This document shows positions 23,641 to 36,150 of a DNA stretch of 64,000 nt, piece after piece (position 1 is the first letter of the stretch; each line of letters begins with the position of its first letter). Origin of the DNA: Raillietiella orientalis. Taxonomy: Eukaryota. The translations under genes were made by a program, and so were the position numbers. The stretch covers positions 806,001-870,000 of the forward strand of contig JAYWIR010000041.1 in the NCBI GenBank assembly GCA_036172245.1. The letters are read 5' to 3'. Below the pieces are notes generated by a model. The model had not been told where the DNA came from, did no database searches, and was given only the letters and a program-made list of their open reading frames with translations.

Positions 23641-26049
23641 ACCTACCGTCCCTTAATGAAGTCGCTGACTCCGCGAAACCGTTCTCTCGCTTCTAGAGGC
23701 GGTTTGGCACTCCTGAGACGGAGCCCTTGAGCTCCGCGAACGCTTGCTTACGAGGCAACCGCAGGTTGCGCCCCAGGGAGCACTCTGAGGCAAGGCGCGG
23801 GACGAGCAGGCTGCTCCGGCCTGCTCTCCCCGCAGCCGCAAAGGGGGCAAAGGCGAATCCTGCGCGACCGCGCCAGAACATTGCGGAAGGCGACGCTTGC
23901 GGCGCAAGCGTGTGCCCCAGCTGCGGAGGTCTCACGTCCCGTCTTCTGCCGCGTCCTTGCTCCTGTTCGTAACGCAAACTTCCGTCTTCTGATCGCGGCG
24001 GTTCCCCGAGAAGGGAACCCGAGTCGGCTGCCCGTGAGTTGCCAGGGATGCTTATGAGGCGGATGCCGCAGCATCGCACGGTCAGCGTCACACGCTCTTA
24101 TCCAGTAGGCCTCTCTTAAGAACGAAGGCGAAGGAAGAAAACAGGGAAAAGGAAAAAAATCTTGCATCAGTAGGATTCTTGAGGCGCTCCATCTTCGTTG
24201 TGCAGAGAGAGGTAGAAGTTCTCGTCTGCCTTGCGGATCTCGATCATCTCGCATCTTTCATCGTCTCTTGCGAGCTGGTGGTGGCCCGAGGCGCAGAACA
24301 ATCGAAGTAGAAGGTCAGCCGTTTTACTCTTCCTGGAGAGTTCGAGTGGCTCGCAGAGAAGAAATCGAAATATCAAGAGCTACTTACGCAGTACCGTTCG
24401 AAAGTGATTTTGATCCGGGAGTCTGCGCATTCAGGATTCGTTCCGTAATATTTTTTCCTTCGTTTTTTTTTCTTCTCCCGCGGAAGAGGAAAAAGAGTTG
24501 AGATCAGTGGAATTTTCCAGAGGGCTGATTCCGAAGGAGGAAGAGTTGACTGGACGCAAAGTGGAAAGGCAAGCGTGTCTTGCCTGGCCCGCTGACTTCC
24601 GGTTAACTTCCGGTCATCGGTTGGCTTGGCTACCTCTTATTCTCTAGCGACCATCATGACGCGTCTGCCTCAAGTTTGGAAGGCCTCAGCTGCTTCTCAT
24701 CCTCAGCCATACGCTGATGCTTAACGCCACATTGAGACGAAGACGTTTTTGTGCATTGGTTGCTTCCAAACCAGACCAAAGACCGTGCTCGGAGCAGTCT
24801 GTTCAGTTCCACGGGATGGAGGTCGAGGAACTGTTCCCATTTACCAGTTGAGTTTACTTCTTTTCCGATCATGGCCACCGCAAAGGGGAAGAACGCAGCA
24901 ATGCAGAAAACTTCGGGTTTCCCACAGTGCGTCCTTTTCTCAATGTGGGAACGCCCGAGCGATCAGGGCCATGCCGAAGACTTCAAATTGGACACTTTCT
25001 GGCTTTCGGAACGAGAACAGGTGCGGAGGTAGCTGGTTCTTCGTCGAAATCGTCGAAGGATCCTTCAGTGGTTTCCTTCCGCCTGGAAGAAATGGTTCCC
25101 TTCCGCTTGGAGTCCCGGCGAGGAGAATCAATGAAAACAGAAATGATCCGAGAATGCTCAATAATCTCTAAATTTAGACTTCCTCTTCCTCCTCCCCCTT
25201 CTTTCTCACAAAATGGAAGAGGTCTTTTAGAGCGTTTGACATCAGAATCGCAGTTCTTTCCATGCGCCGAACCCGCAAGAAATCGAAATCCCGAAACTGA
25301 GCGGTTTTGCATGGAGGTCGGCGAAGCAGAGGGAACCTCCTGCTGCCATATGAATCATTCCTGACAAAGTTGCAAGCACTTGAGTGATTAAAGTCCCATG
25401 AAGTATCTTGAGGTTATATGGATGCGAAAAGTGGCTGGGTGTCATCAGTGGAGGAAAAAAAAATGGCTTTCGTTAATGAAAATTGCGTTGAATCGACATC
25501 TCTCTCTCTTCCCCATCTTCCCAGTGGACAACGAAGAGGGATTGAACGGAATTTCGAATTTCACTGCCGCTCTTGCAGACTTCATCCACGGCAGAGGACT
25601 TTGGTTCCCCATCCCTTTTCCTTTCCTTTTTTTCAATTGAAAATTCCAGCGTGCTCAGTACACCCGTTGGGACGAACGTGGGAAAAACGGAAAACGCAGG
25701 ATGAGAGACTGCACAAGACTGGGGAGAGGGAAGGGGGATGCGGGGAAGAAATCCGACGTTTTGGCGAAACCGGAACCAACGCGTACAGCAAACACGGAAA
25801 ATTTTTGCGACTGTTTCGCTCCACTTATGACCGATGAAAAATCTCATCTTGCAGGCTAAACAAAAAATTCAACAAAAAGTTATCGTGATTGCATTCTCCG
25901 ATTTCCTTCCCTCCAAGCGTTGCTTAATTGTTTTTCTGTGTGTGTGTTTTTCCCCCAAGAATCATTAGGATTTTTCTATCCGAATGGTCAACACTCGCGA
26001 CTAACAAATACAAATCAAAGAGCTCCGGAGGTCTGTGTAAATGGACCCT

Positions 26050-26290
26050 GACGTCAACTCCGAACTCCAATTCAGTCACTGCATGGCGTGGCCTTTCGAC
26101 AGAATGAGTTACGAGAAGCTGATAAGCTCTCTTGAGCCATAGGGAGCACGGTCTACCTGCCCAATTCCGGGAACCGATCTGCAGATTACTGTGGGGTATG
26201 AGGGTTGGAACCGGTTAAGCTCAAGATGGAGTGCATTCCCAAATTCGAACACCTTCCGACTGGACGTTCGCCCGTACCCCGCTCGACAGA
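26050..26290 (+). mobile_element. LINE ORF1 relic
   Basis: MSYEKLISSLEP*GA ... FPNSNTFRLDVRPYP resembles the region preceding the zinc knuckle. Confidence 0.3.
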
Positions 26291-26552
26291 ATTTGTACTC
26301 ATTGCTCCAACCAAAAAAAAAAAAAAAAACGAATTCCTTTGACCAAATGATGTGGACAAAAGTGGAGCACCACGGAATACCCGGTATGATTTCTGTACTC
26401 TGACGATAGCTAAGCGTACATTTAAAAATTTGAACACCTCGGAAAACTTCAGCTGCTGACGTTTTTGAAAGTTATCTTTCCTAATTCCATTCGCCTTCGC
26501 GTTCAGAGACGGAAAACTTCAAAGTATTCTGTTTTTGCACGAGTGCCGTTAA

Positions 26553-26995
26553 CCCTTTGAGTGCCATGGAATAGCTCCGACGAAAGCTATCAGCGTACGC
26601 CATGGACGCATCTGTGTGTTCTGCGGAAAATTATCGGCGTGGACGGTGGACGCATCTATGCGGTTGGCAAATGTTTTCATATCGTACGCGCGACATAAGT
26701 TAACACCATCCATATTGAGATGGACACATACAATTACGTTCTTATAATTGGCAACCGTAGCAACGGAAGCAAACAAAATTCTGTTTATGTCGACTGACGA
26801 TTCTCGTTTTTTCAGAGAATCGCCAAGAATGAACATATTCTATTTAGTGTGGTGCAAATAGACAATTACAATACTAACTGTAATCAGCACTTTATATGAA
26901 GTGGCACCTCTGATAGAGCACGCGGTACGCGAAAAAGCGTTCCGTCCACGGAAGTCGCCACTGCGACTCGCTTGGCAAGTGCCGCACCCAAAGGG
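26553..26995. mobile_element. Complete piggyBac-type MITE (family P), 443 bp
   Basis: TTAA-CCCTTTGAGTGC ... GCACCCAAAGGG-TTAA: 12-bp TIR (11/12 match) with TTAA on both sides; non-coding. Confidence 0.9.
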
Positions 26996-27495
26996 TTAAA
27001 ATGAAAACCCCTGCAGAGTTGAAAACTGCTGTCTGAAAGAGCAAGGATAGATGAAAACGAGGCAGCCTCCTTGGGAAGGTGTCTCGGATGCATGCTTCTC
27101 GGTTTCCTTGTCTCTATGGCAACGCAAGTAGGTGACACAAATAGGAAAGCCGCAAGTATGTTTTGCAACATATCAACATCTACGGCATTTGTTTGCGCCT
27201 CCTCCAGCGGCCCTGTTCCACGTCAGGAATCTCATCATCAATCATGTCGCTACCGAGACTGAGGAAGTCTTCATTGACGAACCTCTGAAATCCGAACGAC
27301 CTACCACATCTGGAGCAAAGACATTCGGTCTTCAAGCCTCGCTACCGGTAGAGACGGATCTTCGTTTTCCAGAAAAGCAGACGCGGGCGCAAAAGGTTCG
27401 TGAAAAATCATCTTCGGTACGATGTTCGCATGGAATTTCAGTGTGCAAAATGATTATAAATCTGTTCCATGGCATCATTAGAATTCAGTCCACCA

Positions 27496-29172
27496 ACCCC
27501 TTTTTTCTACTGATACAGGGCAACACGTTCCATTAAAAGTGGAATCCCGATCCTCATAGGTGTGATCCAGAGAGGTGCATTAGAGCTTTCTCTCAGGGGT
27601 CACGAAAGGCTTCAGCCGTTCTGGAAACTGTAAGGATGCATCCGCAAGTATTTTCGAAAATCGCAAGAAGAGTGGGAGAATAGGAGATAAAAACCGCAAT
27701 TCTCGTTCGCGAGGTCTGGAAAGTTCGTGATTGGGTGACTATTCATTGGAACAGTCGAAGAGGCAAACACCGTCCTTGAACAAACCACCTCTCGGAGACA
27801 CCCTGCTGCTTGCTTCCTGTGATCGGATGTTCTCCACCACACTGTTTCCCGATTTTTCACCTTTTTATCTTTTTGTGAAGCAGCCGCCTGGCTAGCAAAA
27901 CTTCCGCGAGCGGTTGGCGGTTGTCCGCTTTCGAGAGGACAGCTGGACCAGGGTCTCCCGCTTCCGAGCGAGCGGCGCGGTGCATCTTCCCGTCGTCTCT
28001 TCTCGGGGAGGAGAAGAGGCGGAAGTAGGCTCCGCCATCAAGTGGCTTTACGCAACGGCTCTCCCGCTCCTTGCTTGGCACGAAGATCTCTCCCGGTGGC
28101 AGCGAGAGCGGGAAGATCGATGGCCGTTTCGTCGCAGGAGATCTGTCAAGCTGCCGAGATCAGCGGTCGCTCGCTCTGCGGGATGGTCCCGCTCGTGGCT
28201 CGCTCGAGGAACGTGCCGCCGGTCGCCACCCGTTCGGGACCACGCCCGCCGAGAGAACTGGAGCGGGGAGGGGTTCCGAGATGGTCGGCAAGCGTTTTGT
28301 CGACGTTTGCCGTTTGACGTGTTTGGTTCGTGGTCCTGCCGTCCTGTTTGGGGCTGAAGCGCTCAGCCACGCAGCGCAGCCTACGGTGCATTTCGGGTTG
28401 AACTCGGGGATTGGTGGTTGCTTGGAACGAACGCGAACAACTGCTCGTTCGGTGTGCGAGGACGCCTCGGATCGTCTTCGTGGACTGCCGAAGAGGGAGA
28501 CGGAGCGCAAGCTTCGGTTCGGAGCCTTTCTTTCTCGGATGCCCGCTGCTATGGATTTGGATGTGCAGCTGCTGCTCTCGCTCCGGCGTGGTCGGCTGGG
28601 CTCTCCGATGCCCGTGGCCCATTTCTCCCACCTCTGCACGCAACTGACGATCGTGGCCACCAACCTGTGTGCGTGCATCGATCGCTGGCAGTTGTTGCGT
28701 GTGGTGCGTGCGTTGCTCGCGCCCGGTGCAAAGTGCCGGGAAAGAGTACGATGGCTGCCACGGCCGGAAGCGGCAAGCCGGTGAAGAAAGGGTGCCGGCA
28801 AAGCTGAGAAGGCAAAAATAGGCAAGAAGAAAAAGGGGAAGAGGAAGGAGAATTACGCGACGACGTACACCTGCAAAGTGTGGAAGCCCCCCGGACACGC
28901 GTATCTCGAGCAAGGCTGTGTCGATGGCTTCGCCAACGACCTCTGGCTCTCACCAGTCGAGAGGTACGGACGGCGGTGCGCCTGCTGTTGCGCGGGCAAG
29001 TGGCCACGCACGCCGTTTCGGAGGGCCCGAAAGCGGTGACCAAGCACACGAGTTGGAAGTGAGCACCGTGCAATTGCTGTGGCCCGATCACGTTGCCCGT
29101 GAGGGCGGGCAGTGTCCCGTGGTGGGTGCCATACATTCAACGTCGGAGAAGAAGGATGAAGTATTCACGCTG
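27496..29172. repeat. Right arm of 1.68-kb inverted duplication
   Basis: Reverse complement of 15397-17080. It lacks 7 bp (GGGAATAAGGCAAC versus GGGCAAC) near 27520. Confidence 0.97.
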
Positions 29173-30289
29173 ACGTCAATGAAAAATCCTCAAGATCTAA
29201 ACGAGGAGTTGAAGGGAATACGGAATCATCGAAAATCATCGAATCGTCGATTCGTTCATGGGTATTCTCTGTTTCAGAGTCTCCGTGTCTTAGTTTCGTT
29301 TCCTCGTCTCCTTTGTTGGGATTCCTATCCTTAATTTGCATTTTTTCCTGGTGAGGAGAAGGGCGGGCATTCCAAAAGACAATTCGTCCGAACCTTCTCT
29401 TCTGAATCTTCTCTGAACCCTCTCGGTACTTATCAGAATCCTGTGAAAGCTTCAGTTTAAAGCTTTTCCGGGATCCTCTTTGATCATTCAACTTCTTTCC
29501 TTCGAAGGTCCGAGAACAGCTGATCTTCCACATGTGACCGTCCTGGGATCCAATTTCCCATTAGCTCCATTACTGTTAATGAACCATCGGTCAGATGAAA
29601 CCTCCAAAAACAAGGGACAGAAGCCAAAAAAAAAAAAAAAAAAGCTAGGCCCTGAATGGGCAGTTCGAAGTGCTTCCTATGAAACCTTCTGGAGCATCGA
29701 AGTGGTCCGCCATTCAAGGTCGCGCGCTGCTGGGCGCGGCCACAGCGAAACACGAAAACAACGGTGGCTGGAACGGAAACCACGTCGCCGACGAAGGTGA
29801 CGCGTTTCCGTGACTGCCTCGTCCCATCCTAACTCTGGTGCCCCGGGAGCCCACCTGAAAGAAGTCTAAAAGGAATCGCCCCTGGTTGCATCTTCAGCAC
29901 GGTTTCATCGCACGCACCTATCGAGACCGCTCGTTCCTTCCCCCGTGCTCACGTGGAGGCGGGCGCTTCAGCTCGGAAGGGTGGTATCAAGGACGATTTC
30001 CCCCATCCTGACGAGCGTCGCTCGTACTTCGCTCCTGCCTGAGGACGAGCGCGTTTCCCGTGCACCTCCGAGATGGGAATCGGGAGACGAGTCTCTGGAA
30101 TCGCTCACTCATTGCTGCAGAGGTAACGAAAGTCACGCATCCGCGGATGGAACCCTGGAAGTTTCGTTTTCTCAGGATGCGCCATTCACCCGCTTATCAG
30201 GCGAAGATTTTCATCTCGAGGAATCCTTGGACGGATCTTAGGACGGAGCGCTTTTCAGCGCACGGGGGAGCAAAAGATCCTCTCTGATT

Positions 30290-30570
30290 ATCCTGGCAGT
30301 TTCGGGAAAACAAGATGGATGAAAGTTATCTTCAAAGACGTCGGCTGTTTAGCCTCGAGCTGATCCAGGGAAATTTCTGGAGGCCAATTTCCTTCCAAAT
30401 TATTAAAAGCTGCATCAGAAAAGGAACGGAGGTTTGGCTCCAGCTGCAAGGGGCTGTGCATATTACCCGAGGGGTGTGTTTCAATTAGAAAGGAGATTTC
30501 GTTGTCGTTTTGGAACGACGGGAGATGCACCATTTCACGAGGCGAACCTCCATTTAACCAAACCATCCCG
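30290..30570 (-). mobile_element. LINE APE endonuclease N-terminal relic
   Basis: VWLNGGSPREMVHL..DNEISFLIETH resembles WNxNG..EL..DIxxLxETH. Confidence 0.35.
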
Positions 30571-31599
30571 TTTCCCTCTTTCCCTCGAATCCAGGAAAGT
30601 CATTTTCTTAAAAGAATGAAAACATCACTCCGGGAATCTGTACGGGGCAAATGATTTCCAGGCAGTTGCCCACGCAAACGATAAATCCTCTGACTTGGCG
30701 ATAACACCGGTAGCTTTCAAGAAGCTGCAAGATGATTGCCTCTGCGAATCGTTGGTCCCTTTTATCTGTGCCCAGGATCCTCACCGGGAAGATCGCACTC
30801 TTATCCCTGGGTTCGGTTGGTTTTGGCGGTTTCAGTCATGCGATGCAGTTGACAGTTCAGAAGGGGAGGGGAGGAAGAAAGAGAAATCTCTTTGCACTCT
30901 GGATCGTAAAAGCATGTGCTCTTCGAAGTCCTTCGCACTTTATGGGGAGATAGGGGGGGGGAAAAAAACTTTTTTCCTCTTCTTATTCCGACTTGCAGGC
31001 TTTGTCCAATCGCCGGGAAGTGTGAAGGCACAAACTGCATGAGCCGAGGTTGCCTCTCTGCCATTCGAGAAAATTCTCTTTTCTTTCGACGGGGCGAAAG
31101 AAGAGAGAGGATTTTGAATAATGAGGTAGAAATCTTCAGAACGAGCATTCAAAAAAGACAGTTGGGGAGGTCATAAATACCAGCGGCAAGTTCCCTTGCT
31201 ACTAGCGTCTGCGTTCCCTGTCAATTCCTTTTTTCTTCCTCGACGCGAGAGGAATAAACCCCACCATGTTTGATACCCTCCCACGAAATGCAGCCTGCGA
31301 TCTCCCGAGAACCCGATGCAGCTATAACACTGAATAGCTATGTACTATGAATCCGGAAATCTGACACAGGATTGGCAATTATGCTTACCTTGGGAGTTAC
31401 GTAATGGGGTTTTTCGATCAGAATAACCACCCACACATGTGTGTGTATGCACGCATCGCAATGTACCCTGCTTTCTGCTTCGTATTTGATTTTCAGATCG
31501 CCTTTCTGTTTTTATTCGTGATCCATTAGCCGCCATCGCAAGCAGCCCTGCAAGACTCGGCGGCACTTGGAAGCAAAATTTAACGGCACCCTACTCTTC

Positions 31600-32300
31600 T
31601 TCGAGCTCCTCACCGTCGTTCAAACACATCGGTGGAGGAAGCGAAGGCAAACTTCATAGATAAATTCAAATTGCTGCTTTGAATTTCCAAATAACCGAAC
31701 TTTCTCATCGATCAAATGCATTCACGGTGGTGATCTGAGAGGACCCAGTTTGAGAATCTCTTTTGGGGTGGACGGACGGATGCCTCGGCAAGCTTTGCTC
31801 CAGCAGCTGGAATCACACGGACTTCGAGTCAGGATGTTTATGATTCCATTCCGTCCAACTGATCATCTAAAACGATTGAAGTATCAGCGAACTCTTGACC
31901 TACCGAATCGCAATGGGATTCAATCGTCCAGGAAGCTGGCAGTAAAAGAGTGAATTCTTCGAAACACACTTACTACTCTCTTATGAAGCCACAGAGAATG
32001 CTCGTTGCAAAAACTTCCATCGATAGTCCTGTCGTTTTTTATTTATTTGAAAAAGAGGTTTCCGTCTCTTCCAGTAGCAAACGAGAACGTTACGAGATTC
32101 GTCGTAGAAGAACAACAGCATGGAAAACTGAAATGGAGCACACGGATTCGCTCCTCTGATCCAAAGCAGCTGCAAATCCTCATCTTTCGGGAATGACTTT
32201 GGCATATCGGCAATCAAAATAACGAATTTCCAAGTCAAAGGATTCGAAGTGAGAGGCATCCTTCATGAAATCGAGGAAGAGTGTCCCTTCTAATGATAAA
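31600..32300 (+). mobile_element. CR1/Jockey-like RT relic
   Basis: NNRTFSS..HGG..RGPS and DGRMPRQALLQQLESHGLR resemble QHGFR..RS and FDxVPHxxLLxKLxxYGI. Confidence 0.4.
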
Positions 32301-33949
32301 CGGACATCTGTCGACTAGAAAATGAAGAAAGCCTCAGCAATCCGATGACTTTAAGTAATGACAGGATGCGTCATTCCTTTTTGTACAGGGGGAGTTCAGT
32401 CTCTAAGAATCCGATCTCTTACGACGAATGAACTTCATAGCATAGATACCATAACAAATGACTGGAGGAAAGTTGTCATTAATCTAGATCCAAGAAAATG
32501 GAAGAAAGAAGAGTTTCCACGACCGAACATTACGGAATTTTCAGAGTCAACATGGTACTCGAGATGATAATTTTCGACGTGTTTTACAATTGATCACAAA
32601 CAGCAATTTTTCTATTAAAAGAAAGAACGTCAGCACGAACGAATATCCAAAAATGGCACAGCACTAGAAAAAATCTTTTTAAAAAGATTTTCCCGGAAGA
32701 TCTTTTGTTACCACCGTAAAAGAACGAGGCGCTGTCTGTCATGACATCGGTCTTCTGCTTCGACTGGTGATCTATTTAATATGATTCACTCTACTTTCCC
32801 GAAGCATCAGGGAAATGTGGAGGTTTCGAAGCTAGAGCAAACCCGAATTTCATGCTGAAATGATGACGATGAAATCCCAAGCGAGATCAGGAAAGACAAG
32901 GAAATTTCAGATTTCGTTCCCTAATGTTGGAATACTGTAACTCCAGTCATCATCATCACAGTTTGTTCTCACGTGCTGTTTAAACACCCTTCCGGAGCAC
33001 GTCGCAAGATTTTTCTTTTGGATTATTGTCTATTCAGAAAGCAGTTGCGCACGTGAAGACCATTTCAGAGAAAAATTCGCAGCATCCACCCAGATCCATC
33101 CCGGAACGCTCTTTCTTATCGAAATCCGTGGCGCGCGCCACCCTCGCCAACCGACTCTGGAAGCATTCAGAATCTCCTAACGATCCCCTACAGCAAAGTC
33201 CCAGATTCCAGACATCGGGGTTGTCAAGCTGTCACAACTGTCAAGACTGGCTGTTTTTCTGCCTCTTCTTTTTTTTTTTTTGCAAATCTGTTGACAGATA
33301 TGGGCGTGTCCCACTCTCAGTAAGTGTCTGAAGGCTGCTGAAGTGTTCAACTTTGCGGTAACGAGGCTCGCCAGAGCGTGAGCACGAAATCATTTGGTTC
33401 ATCTCTTTGAAACGGAAGAAGACGAAAAGAGGAAACCACGCTTCGTACCGAAACTGCACCTCGACGGAGGGGAAGAAGCAAATCAATGGAAACCCCGATT
33501 CCCCCAATCCAAGGTGAGCAAGTGACATGGGGGAGCCATCGGAAACCCATTTCTCGAGTAGGGCAAAGTGCCCTTGCTTGCTTCGAAGCCACATTGAGTA
33601 TCAGGTTGAAAAAGCACGAGCAGCGAAGCACGGGTTCAGGTCATTTTTCAGACAGAAGAATGCTTTCATCAGAGATGCGGGATCTTCTATCCGAGAGACA
33701 GAAAAAAAAAAAAAAAAAACATCGCAAACGCAAGGATCCAAACCGCTTTGCTTGTTTTTTGTGCTTTTACTGCTTTTCTGATGTGAAAATGGTACTCACC
33801 ATTTCTTTCCCTTCAAAGTCCATTGATTGCCTGCAGCTCCTTCCCCCAATGAGAAACCGGATGAGCACTTTCCTGTCCTCACGTCATGATTATCTTTCTG
33901 GAACCCGATAGCGTCTTCGGTCCAACTGTTACGACTGTAAATTCTTAGA

Positions 33950-36150
33950 TGTTGGGAATATGCGCGTTCGGCACAATAGGGATAGCGGAGTGGTGAACGT
34001 CAACATTCCTCTTCCAGCTTGAACGTGCGTGCCGTTGCATGCTTCAGGAGCAGTACTCCGGGAACCGTATTTATATGGATATTATTCAAATTCGATGCGC
34101 ATGTTGCAGCTGATGGAAAGAATTAGGAATTTCTGGCGTGAGCGGAGTCTGTTTCCTACCCGACAAAGCGTCATTTGTTCCCATGGTTACCGGGGAAGTT
34201 TCATCTTCGTGTTTGATACGTCCAATGCGAGTCGGTTATGCAGATTTCCTTAGCCGTGTCTTAAGTGCCGTCATTCTTTGAGTGACTGACTGCAGAAATC
34301 GCATCTGCTCAAAGAAAGGTCAGGGAATCAGGGAGGATGGCTCGAAAAGAAATATCGGTTGAATGCGCTCGTCTGAACTCCAGCCTTTGTTTGCAAACAG
34401 CTTTAAAGTACTTCATTAAGCTACGGATGCTTCCCCCCCCCTTTCCCCCCCCCAAAAAAAGGGGAAAGAAAAGTGTCTCCCGTCGCAGGCTTGGGTAAGC
34501 ACCCAAATTCCAAGCTTTTGGGAGGCCTGTTCAGCTTCAAGGTGCTGTCCCTGCTGTCTGTCGGGAAAGCCATTTTGGGTGAGTGCCTTTCGGACAATGA
34601 TGCAAATTTATGTGACTTGATGGTGTGCTGCCCTGCAACCCCCTGCGATAGAGTGTCTGCTTCTCTCTGGAGGTCGCCAGCAAACTCTGTTAGCTGCTGC
34701 TTTTCGTCGACGCCCGCTCAATATTCCATGACGCTGAAACGCCAAGAGGGATCATAATTCCATAAAAATGACTGTTGGCTGTTTTCTTGTTCCCACACTT
34801 TTAAGAAGCGAATTGGAACTGGCATTATGGATTTTGACCGTGAGCTTTATTCTTATTACGACGTATACTTGAGGACCTACGAGGTACGGTTAGATTTGGG
34901 TTTCGTTTGAAAATTGCTGTCCCGGAAGAAGTGCATTGGCTTCCGTTTTGCAACCGTGAAGACTATTAGTAATTTTATATAGTAGGGAGCTAAAATTTCA
35001 CTTTTTCTGTCGCTAAAGTTTGTGAGGTAGCTGCAGAGGTCGTCATTTAATGACTGCCTATTCTCTGAAACGACATCTTGCAACTCTTCCCCTGAGAATG
35101 AATAAAATCTGCCACTTGTGCGTTGCGAGATCATGAACGGGGTCGAATGGGGGCACGAAGAGCGTCCCCTTCTAAGCATCTGAAGGGGGAAGGATTTCTC
35201 CCGCAATCTGCCTGGCCGTCAAATGCATTTTGGATTTCTTTTGTAGTCTCTCGCTCGTACCATTATTTGCATCGAATCTTTTCCTCCTTTTCCCCAGTCT
35301 TTTTCCTCTCTAGGAAGTCTTACTGATGTTCGCAATCGATGTTTCTCCCCAGAAGAAAACAAATGCCATTGCTGTTCATGAACTAAGGAAATGTTCTTAG
35401 GTTTCCTTTCTTATTCCTTTTTTTTTTTTCTTTTCTTCCTGTCTTTTTCCAATTATGACCATTATTCCTTTGTAATTTCTTTTTATTGTCAAGCCTCTTT
35501 GCCCGATTATGCTCCTGGACGTATTGAGTGTTTCACTTACCCACGTTCCTTCAATTGCGAAGAGGTTTCTTATTTGTCATACAAGACTGTCGCCTAAATG
35601 ATTTAAGTCGTTATCACGAATCTTCCTTCTTTCAAACAAAAAACTTCATTTTCATCACCGAATAGCCAACAGGAATATGAAAGATATGAAAATCTCGTTT
35701 CCTACTAACCCCTCACGTTTAACCGATGTGGGGTAGTTGACAATCCACTGATTTGTGTCGCTTTCCTGAGTCAGCGAGGAAAGAGGTCTTGTGGTCGCTA
35801 CGCAGGATGCTTCTTCCCTCGAGTTTGGGTGTCCATTTGATTTAGAGGTAGGATTACGATGCTCATGAAGGAGGGAATGTAAAGGAGACGTTTCCTCCAA
35901 AGCCTTTCTTCACCATTCGGTTGCAGCAACTGCGAGCTTTCGTGCACTCTCTCATTACCAGAAGTGTGAGCGTCAAAACGGATAGCAACGAATAAATTCA
36001 TTTTTGCGATCCGTGAACTCAATTTTTGATGATCCATGATGTGAAAAACAAATGAACTTAAGAAACATCCGCCGCTGCCGATCGACATCAAACGCATAAA
36101 GCCTTCAGATCAATAGAGTTGAGAATTTTTCCCTCAGAACCTTCAGGAGC
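33950..36150 (-). mobile_element. Fragmented Penelope-like relic
   Basis: MSIGSGGCFLSSFVFHIM..MNLFVAI..NERV near 36.0 kb, RKALTQNGFP near 34.6 kb, and K*RFVG*ET near 34.15 kb, in RT to thumb to GIY-YIG order. Confidence 0.4.

Noticed and set aside
24167..24290. Protein-like peptide LARDDERCEMIEIRKADENFYLSLHNEDG
   Set aside because: Short, with poor splice context and no family match.
27257..27295. Hammerhead-ribozyme-like CTGAGGAAGTC..GACGAAC beside a Penelope-like relic
   Set aside because: The conserved GAAA is GAAC and I could not build stems I and III. No intact hammerhead was found by eye elsewhere.
15397..29172. Polinton/Maverick or other giant TIR transposon
   Set aside because: No TSD or characteristic termini, and no polymerase B, integrase, capsid or transposase ORF in the spacer.
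33800..33898. Minus-strand exon with GTGAGT donor
   Set aside because: Weak acceptor, unrecognisable peptide, and adjacent to a retroelement relic.
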